From contig CANRES010000003.1 in NCBI GenBank assembly GCA_947629625.1, positions 1-60,390 on the forward strand: 60,390 bases of DNA, given 5' to 3'. A program made the translations under genes and the position numbers. The notes below the pieces were generated by a model. The model did not search any database, was not told the origin of the DNA, and saw only the letters and a list, made by a program, of their open reading frames with translations. Below are positions 30,116-37,941 of the stretch, piece after piece (the first letter of the stretch is position 1; every line of letters starts with the position of its first letter). The DNA is from an uncultured Clostridia bacterium. Its GTDB lineage: Bacteria > Bacillota > Clostridia > TANB77 > CAG-508.

Positions 30116-31819
30116 ATGAAAAAGATTATATCTTTAATTTTAGTAATTTCAATACTATTTGGAATGTTACCAATAGTAAAAGCAGCAACTGATACTATAA
30201 CATTAACAGCAAGTTCACAAAATGTAAATGTTGGTGGTACAGTTTCTGTAACATTAAAAGCATCTAAGGTTATACAATCAGCAGATTTTAATTTAAATTA
30301 TCCAAAAGATATTTTAGAATTAAAAGAAGTATCTATTTCAGAAGATAATTATAGTGTAAAAGATACACATGTACAAGTATGTTATGCAAGTAATTCAGGA
30401 ACAGATACATTTACTTTTACATTTAATGTATTAAAAGAAGGAAAAGCAACAATATCAACAACAATAGAAAAATTAAACATTGATACAACTACTGAATTTG
30501 AACATGATGGAGATAAAACAATAGAAATAACAGCAACAGCTGGATCATCAACAGTTGAAGTAACATCAGTAACATTAAACAAAACAGCATTAAATTTAGA
30601 AGTTGGAAAAACAGAAACACTAACAGCAACTGTTGAACCTACAAATGCAACAAATAAAACAGTAACATGGACTAGTGATAATACCGCAGTTGCTACTGTA
30701 CAAAATGGAACAATAACAGCAGTAAAAGAAGGAACTGCAACAATAACAGCAAAAGCAGGCACACAATCAGCAACATGTACAGTAACTGTAACTCCAAAAA
30801 CAACAGATCCTGATTCAAGTGGAGATGATGAGTTAACTTGGACAGATTTCTCAAATACTAAATTCGAAATAAAAAATGAAGGATTATTAAAAGTAAATTA
30901 TTATTTGTTGTTAGGAATAAGCGATGCTAAAACAATACCTGGACATGTTTATTATATGTTCTTTTCAAATTCAGACTCTGAAAGCATAGTAAATGTAGTT
31001 GCTTCATCACTTAGCACTATTACTAAAGTTAGTGGTGACGAAGGATTTAATGATGCTGGATACCAAGTACCTATGGATAAACATGAATTAAGTAATGATT
31101 TATATTTATATATTATTGAATTTCAAAATCCAATTTCAATAGATACTTTATTGTCATCACCATATAAAATTAATACAATAAAATTACCAAAATATCCTCT
31201 AAATCCTTTAGGAGATAGAATTAACGGTCATTTTAGGAATACTTCTACAGATATAGATTTAAATGAATACATGAGTACTGGAAGAAAACTAAACTTAAAA
31301 GTTGGCACAATAAATGATACAAATATATTGAACTCTATAAAAAATGGTGACAGTGATTGTCTATCTAAATTACTTACTTATGCTAAATCAGATAATGGTA
31401 TAATTACAAAATCATATACTAAAGATACAGATACTTCAGCTATTACTGATGACACATCAATTCGTTCTTTATATAATAATTGGACATCTGGCGGTTATTA
31501 TTATGTTTATATGGAATATGATGATGAAAATGGAAAATATAGAACTGTTGAAGATGTAAGTTTATATCAATGTTTACTTTATAACGCAAACGATACATGG
31601 GGATTATATGATTATCTTTCAGATGAGTTTAAATGGAATATAGGAAATGAAGGAAGTGTTCCTGATAAAGACACAACAGTTCCTGATAAAGATGATACAA
31701 CTTCAAATAAACCAATTCCACAAACAGGTGAAACAATGATTATCGTAACATCAATAATAGCAGTATTAGCTATTGCAATTGTATCAATTATAAAATATAG
31801 AAGATATAGAGATATATAG
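30116..31819 (+). CDS. cell-wall-anchored protein: cohesin-like domain + Big_2 Ig-like domain + unknown domain + IPQTG sorting signal
   Basis: Signal peptide MKKIISLILVISILFGMLPIVKA. Cohesin-like segment (SADFNLNYPKDILELKEV). Big_2 (VTSVTLNKTALNLEVGKTETLTATVEPTNATNKTVTWTSDN). IPQTGE + TM + RYRDI at 31715-31816. Confidence 0.7.
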   Translation: MKKIISLILVISILFGMLPIVKAATDTITLTASSQNVNVGGTVSVTLKASKVIQSADFNLNYPKDILELKEVSISEDNYSVKDTHVQVCYASNSGTDTFTFTFNVLKEGKATISTTIEKLNIDTTTEFEHDGDKTIEITATAGSSTVEVTSVTLNKTALNLEVGKTETLTATVEPTNATNKTVTWTSDNTAVATVQNGTITAVKEGTATITAKAGTQSATCTVTVTPKTTDPDSSGDDELTWTDFSNTKFEIKNEGLLKVNYYLLLGISDAKTIPGHVYYMFFSNSDSESIVNVVASSLSTITKVSGDEGFNDAGYQVPMDKHELSNDLYLYIIEFQNPISIDTLLSSPYKINTIKLPKYPLNPLGDRINGHFRNTSTDIDLNEYMSTGRKLNLKVGTINDTNILNSIKNGDSDCLSKLLTYAKSDNGIITKSYTKDTDTSAITDDTSIRSLYNNWTSGGYYYVYMEYDDENGKYRTVEDVSLYQCLLYNANDTWGLYDYLSDEFKWNIGNEGSVPDKDTTVPDKDDTTSNKPIPQTGETMIIVTSIIAVLAIAIVSIIKYRRYRDI

Positions 31820-31906
31820 TTAATCATATTAATAAAAGGGGACAGTAAAAGTAATTTTTACTATCCTTTTATTAATATAATATTTTTAAGGAGCAACTAA
31901 ATTTAT

Positions 31907-33421
31907 ATGATAAAAAATAAAAAAATTATTTTAGCATTAATATTAGTTATATGTTCAATAATATGTAGTCAATTAACAAGTATATTTGCAAATACGAATT
32001 ATATATTAAATAAAGATGATATTTCATACAAAGAAATCGATGATGAAAACATATTAATATCAGGTTTTAAAATTGGTACAACAGTTGCTGATATAAAAAA
32101 TGTAAATTCATTATATGAAAATTATAATATAGAAATATTTGATAATAATAATAACAATATAACTGAACAAAATAATTTAAAAATTGGAACAGGCTATTCA
32201 ATAAAAATTAATAAAGAAGTTAATAGTGAGGAAAATTCTACTCAATCTGAAAATACAATTACAAAAAACTGCAAAGTAGTAATCTATGGTGATGTAACTG
32301 GTGATGGAGATGTTGGTGCAGTAGATGCACTTGCTATAATAAAAAATAAATTAGAAACAACATTGTTTGAAAATGAAATATCAAAAGAAGCAGCAAAAAT
32401 ATTAGAAGAAACTAGAACTACTAACAAAACTCCAGCTTCTGATGATGCTTTGTATGTTATAAAACATAAACTTTACCCTAACGAATATCCAATTGATCAA
32501 AAAATGCCAAAAAAAGAAGATACAACACCAGTTAGCATACATGGAAAATTATCATTAAATGGAACAAATATTGTAGATAAAAATGGAAATAATTTTCAAT
32601 TAAAAGGTGTAAGCACACATGGAATTGCTTGGTTTCCTCAATATATAAATAAAGATGCATTTGAATTTATGAGAGATGAATGGGGAATAAATACAATTAG
32701 ACTTGCAATGTATTCGAATCCAAATGATGGTTATTCAAGAGAATTATGGAATACGGTTAAAAATGGTGTAGATTATGCAACAAATGCAGGAATATATGCA
32801 ATAATTGATTGGCATGTTTTGAATGAACAAAATCCTAATACATATAAAGAAGAAGCAATAGAATTCTTTAAAACAATGGCAGAAAATTATAAAGATAATG
32901 AAAATGTTTTATATGAGATTTGTAACGAACCAAATGGAAATGTAACTTGGTTAGGGGATATAAAACCTTATGCAGAAGAAGTAATTTCAGAAATAAGAAA
33001 AATAGATAATGATGCGATAATAATTTGTGGAACACCAAATTGGTCTCAATATGTTGACGAAGTTTCAAATAGTCCTATTGAAGATTATGATAATATTGTA
33101 TATACTTTACATTTTTATGCTGCAACTCATAAGCAAGATTTAAGAGATAGATTAACAACTGCACTAAATAATGGTTTACCAGTATTTGTTTCAGAATTTG
33201 GAATTTGTGATGCTTCTGGAAATGGTGCATTAGATGAAAATGAAGCAAATATATGGATAGATTTATTAAATGAAAATAATATAAGTTGGATATGCTGGAA
33301 TTTAAGTAATAAAAACGAATCTTCTGCAATACTAAATTCTTCAACAGATAAAACAACTGATTGGCAAGAAGAAGATTTATCTGAAACAGGTAGATGGTTA
33401 ATTGAAGCATTAAAAAAATAA
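31907..33421 (+). CDS. GH5 endoglucanase/glycanase with an N-terminal dockerin module
   Basis: Signal peptide. Dockerin VVIYGDVTGDGDVGAVDALAIIKNKL...TRTTNKTPASDDALYVIKHKL. GH5 motifs ICNEPNG and FVSEFG. Confidence 0.85.
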   Translation: MIKNKKIILALILVICSIICSQLTSIFANTNYILNKDDISYKEIDDENILISGFKIGTTVADIKNVNSLYENYNIEIFDNNNNNITEQNNLKIGTGYSIKINKEVNSEENSTQSENTITKNCKVVIYGDVTGDGDVGAVDALAIIKNKLETTLFENEISKEAAKILEETRTTNKTPASDDALYVIKHKLYPNEYPIDQKMPKKEDTTPVSIHGKLSLNGTNIVDKNGNNFQLKGVSTHGIAWFPQYINKDAFEFMRDEWGINTIRLAMYSNPNDGYSRELWNTVKNGVDYATNAGIYAIIDWHVLNEQNPNTYKEEAIEFFKTMAENYKDNENVLYEICNEPNGNVTWLGDIKPYAEEVISEIRKIDNDAIIICGTPNWSQYVDEVSNSPIEDYDNIVYTLHFYAATHKQDLRDRLTTALNNGLPVFVSEFGICDASGNGALDENEANIWIDLLNENNISWICWNLSNKNESSAILNSSTDKTTDWQEEDLSETGRWLIEALKK

Positions 33422-33455
33422 ATAATGATTAAAAATTGGAAGGAAATTTTATTAT

Positions 33456-33992
33456 ATGAAAAAACATATTTTTATAATTTTAATTATATCAGTATTTTTA
33501 ATTTTACTTAATGTTAATGTATTTGCAAAAACATTAGATATAAGTGTAATACCAAATAAAGAAAAAGTAGAAGTTGATGAAGAAGTAACAATTACAATTG
33601 ATTGGATAGATGGAATGCAGGCAGCAGATTTTTTTCTAAAATATGATAATACTAGATTTGAATTTGTAAGTATGGATATAGAAGATACATTTTACAAAAT
33701 AGACAATTCACAGATAGAAGTTGCTTGGGTTTCAATAGATAATGTAGATAAAACATCTATTCAAGCAACATTTAAAGCCTTAAAATCAGGAAAAGCAGAT
33801 TTTAATGTAGTAATTGATGGTGGTTTTGCTGATGCAGATGTTGTTAGACCAGATGATTATACAATTAATAATTCCTCTGTAAAAGTAAATGGAATATCAT
33901 TTGGAGAAATACTACCAATTATAATAGTTTTGGTTATAATAATTTTAATAATAATTATAGTTAAATTTAAAAAATCACAGGAGAAAAAATAA
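33456..33992 (+). CDS. cohesin-like domain protein with C-terminal TM anchor
   Basis: Signal peptide, GMQAADFFLKYDNTRFEFVS, C-terminal hydrophobic helix + KFKKSQEKK. Confidence 0.65.
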   Translation: MKKHIFIILIISVFLILLNVNVFAKTLDISVIPNKEKVEVDEEVTITIDWIDGMQAADFFLKYDNTRFEFVSMDIEDTFYKIDNSQIEVAWVSIDNVDKTSIQATFKALKSGKADFNVVIDGGFADADVVRPDDYTINNSSVKVNGISFGEILPIIIVLVIIILIIIIVKFKKSQEKK

Positions 33993-34735
33993 TGAGAAAA
34001 ATTGCTATATTATTTATTGCTATAATATTTTGTATATTTATATTGTCTAAACCAATATTAGCATATAACTTAGAATTAATTTTAAGTTCAGATAAAAATA
34101 ATGTTAAAATTGGGGAAGAAATAAATATTACATTAACTTTATCTAAGGGAATGCAAGCAGCAGATTTTACTATTAATTATGACAGTAATTTATTAAAATT
34201 TGAAAGTTCGTCATTAGGAAAAATGTTCTATAATACAAATGAACCGGGAAAAATTTCTTGTTCTTGGTTTGATACAAAAGATACCACAAGTTTTACTTTT
34301 AAATTTATAGCCATATCCTCAGGAACTGCAACTTTTACAACTACAACAGAAAACTTTTATGATGGAACATTAAAATCTGCAAATTCTTATAATGAAGGAA
34401 GTTTAAATGTAGTATTGTTATCTTCAACTGCCAATAATTTAACATTAAATAATAATAGTAATGATAATATCAATAATAATACACAAAATACTAATGTACA
34501 AAACATACAACAAGTAGAAGAATCTAAAAATACACAAGTAATTAATGAAAATAAATCAACAAGCACTAATGTTCAAAATTCAACAACATTAAGTTCAAAT
34601 TATTCTTCCGCTTCTGCAAATACAAATTTACCAAAGACAGGGGATAATAAATTACCATTTATTTTTATACTTTTAACATTAATCACCTTAGCAATAATTT
34701 TTAAAGTAAAATGGAATAAATTAAGAGATATTTAA
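33992..34735 (+). CDS. cohesin-like domain protein with LPKTG sortase signal
   Basis: Signal peptide, GMQAADFTINYDSNLLKFES, Asn-rich linker, LPKTGD (34628-34645) + TM + KLRDI. Confidence 0.7.
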   Translation: MRKIAILFIAIIFCIFILSKPILAYNLELILSSDKNNVKIGEEINITLTLSKGMQAADFTINYDSNLLKFESSSLGKMFYNTNEPGKISCSWFDTKDTTSFTFKFIAISSGTATFTTTTENFYDGTLKSANSYNEGSLNVVLLSSTANNLTLNNNSNDNINNNTQNTNVQNIQQVEESKNTQVINENKSTSTNVQNSTTLSSNYSSASANTNLPKTGDNKLPFIFILLTLITLAIIFKVKWNKLRDI

Positions 34736-34753
34736 TATATTTTAAATATCTCT
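34724..34753 (+). terminator. hairpin overlapping the stop codon of the last cohesin gene
   Basis: 11-bp stem AGAGATATTTA/TAAATATCTCT followed by ATTTTG. Confidence 0.45.
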
Positions 34754-34787
34754 ATTTTGTTGATAATTATATCATATTAACATAAAT

Positions 34788-34816
34788 TTGATTTTACGAA
34801 AATAATGTGATATAAT
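34788..34816 (+). promoter_or_regulatory. near-consensus sigma-A promoter
   Basis: TTGATT-17-TGaTATAAT (-10 at 34811-34816). Confidence 0.6.
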
Positions 34817-34856
34817 TATTATATTAAAAATATTTTTTTGAAAGGAATGAAGCAAC

Positions 34857-35093
34857 ATGGTTATGCAACATGCACCTAGTAGCTTAAACAACTGGCATAA
34901 GACATTCGAGGAGGTGTTCAGATCATTACCAGTTCCATCTGAGAGCGATGCTCTTAGAATTTTAGACGAAATTAGAGATTGCCATAGGGTATCCGATGGT
35001 TGGGTAGAAGTTAATTGCGAAATTAAAAAACTTCCAACTGGTCAATATCAAGCAATTCGGCATCACGCAAAATATGCAAGGTATGCTATCTAA
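34857..35093 (+). CDS. alternative reading of the same unit: 78-aa hypothetical protein
   Basis: Open frame with weak, distant SD-like AAAGGA. Its G/C-ending codons are atypical for this genome. Confidence 0.25.
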   Translation: MVMQHAPSSLNNWHKTFEEVFRSLPVPSESDALRILDEIRDCHRVSDGWVEVNCEIKKLPTGQYQAIRHHAKYARYAI

Positions 35094-35110
35094 GTTCGCA
35101 TAAAAATTAA

Positions 35111-35150
35111 AACACAAGGAAATCTTCATTAACATTTCCTTGTGTTTTTT
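35111..35150. terminator. bidirectional rho-independent terminator
   Basis: 13-bp stem AACACAAGGAAAT/ATTTCCTTGTGTT. T6 on the + side and a T-rich run on the - side (end of sigK). Confidence 0.8.
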
Positions 35151-35200
35151 ATGTATTATTTCACACCCAGATAAATCAGTTAAGCACATAAATTTAACCT

Positions 35201-35905
35201 CTAATAATCTTCTTTAAAAGCCTTTTCTAATTTTCCTATTGCTTTGGTTTCAATTCTTGAAACATAACTACGACTAATTCCCATAATCTTTGAAATTTCA
35301 TTTTGTGTTTTAGGAGCATTGCCATCTAATCCAAATCTCATTTCAATAATAAATTTTTCTCTATCTTTTAAAGTATCAACCATTTTTTCGTATAAACGTT
35401 TAATTTTCATTTTTAAATCTAATTTATCTTCAATACTTTTTTCATCAGTTTCTAAAATTTCTAAAAGTGTAATTTCATTATCATCTTTATCTTTTCCAAT
35501 AGGTTCATTTAAATAAACTTCATTTTTAGTTTTCTTATTTGAACGTAAGAACATTAGAATTTCATTTTCAATACAACGAGCAGCATAAGTTGCAAGTCTT
35601 ATATTTTTCGAACTATTAAAACTATTAATTCCTTTAATTAAACCAATAGTTCCAATAGATATTAAATCATCTTGCTCAATATTTGTAGTGGAATATTTTT
35701 TACTAATATGTGCAACTAACCTTAAATTTCTTTCAATTAGTACATTTCTAGCCTCCTCATCACCAGTACTTAATCTTTCTAAATATATTTTTTCTTCCTC
35801 TGCACTTAATGGCTCTGGAAACAAATTACTACTTTGTATGTATCCAACAACAAAGATTGTAGAACGTAAAAAAGCCAAAAAACTAGATATTGAAAGAACT
35901 AACAT
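35201..35905 (-). CDS. sigK: sporulation sigma factor SigK (pro-sigma, uninterrupted)
   Basis: Pro-sequence then YIQSSNLFPEPLSAEEEKIYLERL..NLRLVAHISKKY. This resembles B. subtilis SigK (YVKNNAFPQPLS) more than SigE. Confidence 0.75.
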   Translation of the reverse strand: MLVLSISSFLAFLRSTIFVVGYIQSSNLFPEPLSAEEEKIYLERLSTGDEEARNVLIERNLRLVAHISKKYSTTNIEQDDLISIGTIGLIKGINSFNSSKNIRLATYAARCIENEILMFLRSNKKTKNEVYLNEPIGKDKDDNEITLLEILETDEKSIEDKLDLKMKIKRLYEKMVDTLKDREKFIIEMRFGLDGNAPKTQNEISKIMGISRSYVSRIETKAIGKLEKAFKEDY

Positions 35906-36019
35906 AAATGTACCTCCATTTTCTTTATATCAAAAGTATATGCTAATTAAAAATAATTGTGCCTGACCTTAATTATTTTTTTTTATTAAAGGTACCTTTT
36001 ACAAAATTGACATAAACTC

Positions 36020-36048
36020 TTGAAAATTACCAAAAAATATGATATTAT
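36020..36048 (+). promoter_or_regulatory. sigma-A promoter (TTGAAA-17-TGaTATTAT)
   Basis: Sequence AAACTCTTGAAAATTA...ATATGATATTAT resembles the promoter at 3187-3215. Confidence 0.5.
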
Positions 36049-36187
36049 ATAAAGCACAATATAGGAAAACCTTATGTTGTTTATTCAGTTTTCACTAAAT
36101 AGTGAAAGGGAAAAATCCCCTTTAAACTTTTTAGTTTATCTTATATAAAATTTACTTCAATAAAAGTCAAAAAGGAGGAAATTACTT

Positions 36188-36625
36188 ATGTTATGGATTT
36201 TATTAGTTGCAGGAGCATTAATAATGTATTTTGGAATGTTGGAAATGTCAGACCGGATAACATTGGCAGGTTCAATTCCTATGGTAATTTTAATAATAGT
36301 TATAGTAAATATACCTAATATTCCTATATGTTACTATGAAGAAGAAAAAATTAGTACCTATGAATTAGTTAATAATTCTATGTTTTACTATTCTGATGAT
36401 AATGGAGGATATAAAGTAGGTGGAATTGACTTAGAAAACACCATTATATATGAAGATGATAACTGTACAACCCCTTATGTTGAAAAATGTGTAAGACGTA
36501 TAAAAGCAACTAAATTTGGTTTTATATTAATGTTTATAACTAATTTTAGTGAAACAAAGAATTATGAAATTCATGTACCTGCCGGAACAATGAAAGAATT
36601 TATTTCAACTGAATCTCAAACATAA
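36188..36625 (+). CDS. hypothetical 2-TM membrane protein (paralog of 3328-3792)
   Basis: Same architecture and C-terminal YEIHVPAGT motif. AAGGAGG RBS. Confidence 0.6.
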   Translation: MLWILLVAGALIMYFGMLEMSDRITLAGSIPMVILIIVIVNIPNIPICYYEEEKISTYELVNNSMFYYSDDNGGYKVGGIDLENTIIYEDDNCTTPYVEKCVRRIKATKFGFILMFITNFSETKNYEIHVPAGTMKEFISTESQT

Positions 36626-36629
36626 GTAT

Positions 36630-36670
36630 AACAGAAACTCATTATATTAATGGGTTTCTGTTACTTTTTT
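36630..36670 (+). terminator. rho-independent terminator
   Basis: 9-bp stem AACAGAAAC/GTTTCTGTT followed by ACTTTTTT. Confidence 0.65.
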
Positions 36671-36741
36671 AAATAAAATATTGTATATAAAAAACATTTT
36701 TGATATAATTAACAAAATTAAATATATGGAGTTGATATTTT

Positions 36742-37801
36742 ATGTTAGATTTAGAAGAAAATAAACGCACACTAATTAATATAGAAAATAGAATAAATAG
36801 TATTGGAGATTCTCTTTGACTTACCTAAAATAAATAATGAATTAAAGCAGTTAGAAGCAAAAACAATGCAAGATGGATTTTGGAATAATCAAAATGAAAG
36901 CAATAAAATACTACAAGAAATAAAACAATTAAAAAATAAGCAAACAAAATATACTAATATAAAAAACAGTTTAGAAAACTTAAAAGAAATTAATGATTTA
37001 TTATTAATAGAAAATGACGAAGTATTAGCATCAGATTTAATAAAAGACACACACGAACTAGAAAAACAATTAACCAAATTTGAAATAGAAACATTATTAT
37101 CTGGAAAATATGATAGAAATAATGCAATAGTAACATTACATCCGGGCGCAGGAGGAACAGAATCACAAGACTGGGCAGAAATGCTATACAGAATGTATTC
37201 AAAATGGGCAAATAGTAATGGATATAGCATAAAGGAATTAGATTATCTTGAAGGGGAAGAGGCAGGTATAAAAAGTGTTACATTTCTTGTTAGTGGAGAA
37301 AACGCTTATGGTTATTTAAAATCTGAAAACGGCGTACATAGATTAGTAAGAATATCACCTTTTGATGCAGGAGGAAGAAGACATACATCATTTGCATCTG
37401 TTGAAGTTTTACCAGAAATAATAGAAAATACTGAAATAAATATAAATCCAGACGATTTAAGAATAGATACATATAGGGCATCAGGAGCAGGAGGGCAACA
37501 TATCAATAAAACAGATTCAGCAGTAAGAATTACACACATCCCAACTAATATTGTTGTAGCATGTCAATCTGAAAGGTCTCAAATACAAAATCGTGAAACT
37601 GCAATGAAAATGTTAATGTCTAAACTTGTTGATTTAAAAGAAAAAGAAGAAAAGAAAAAAATAAATGACTTAAAAGGAGAACAAATGGATATAGCATGGG
37701 GAAGCCAAATTAGGTCTTATGTATTTTGTCCATATACATTAGTAAAAGACCATAGAACAAATTTTGAAGTTGGTAATGTTCAAGCAGTTATGGACCGGTG
37801 A
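36742..37801 (+). CDS. prfB: peptide chain release factor 2 (programmed +1 frameshift at codon 26; C-terminus also disrupted by an extra C)
   Basis: ORF0 is MLDLEENKRTLINIENRINSIGDSL-TGA, continuing in the +1 frame as DLPKINNELK. SPF and GGQ motifs are present. The natural end is probably 37844. Confidence 0.92.
36805..36820 (+). promoter_or_regulatory. RF2 programmed +1 frameshift site
   Basis: Internal SD-like GGAG (36805-36808), then CTT TGA C at 36814-36820. Confidence 0.85.
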
Positions 37802-37941
37802 CTTAAATGGTTTTATGGAGGCTTATTTAAAATTAAGTATTTAAAAATTCACATAATTTTATTTTTCAAAATATAATATTAATATAATAGTGTCTAAATT
37901 TAGATGCTAGTTATTAATCTATTAAAATGAGGTATGAAAAT

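Larger units (their letters stand above)
34823..35150 (+). ncRNA. candidate structured RNA (class not recognised), ~330 nt
   Basis: GC content is clearly above the surroundings. It has its own promoter and a strong terminator. Nested helices: 34852-34869/35081-35099 and 34921-34934/35036-35049. Hairpins: 34938-34958, 34982-34999, and 35007-35034 with a GCGA tetraloop. Confidence 0.4.

Noticed and set aside
34823-35150. Assigning the GC-rich unit to tmRNA, RNase P, SRP RNA, a T-box or a common riboswitch.
   Set aside because: It lacks GGAAAGUCC (RNase P), a tag ORF with a tRNA-like end (tmRNA), GGAAGCAGC-type domain IV (SRP) and the AGGGUGGNACCGCG T-box sequence. No gene follows on the same strand. 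A rod-like 6S fold is not obvious either, so the class is left open.
35201-35905. sigK interrupted by a skin-like element.
   Set aside because: The ORF is continuous, from the pro-sequence through regions 2 to 4 (234 aa). No intervening element is present.
35906-35990. A sigma-E/sigma-K type promoter for sigK (CATATACT about 30 nt upstream of the RBS).
   Set aside because: Only the -10-like element is recognisable and no clear -35 partner is present. This is too weak to annotate as a feature.
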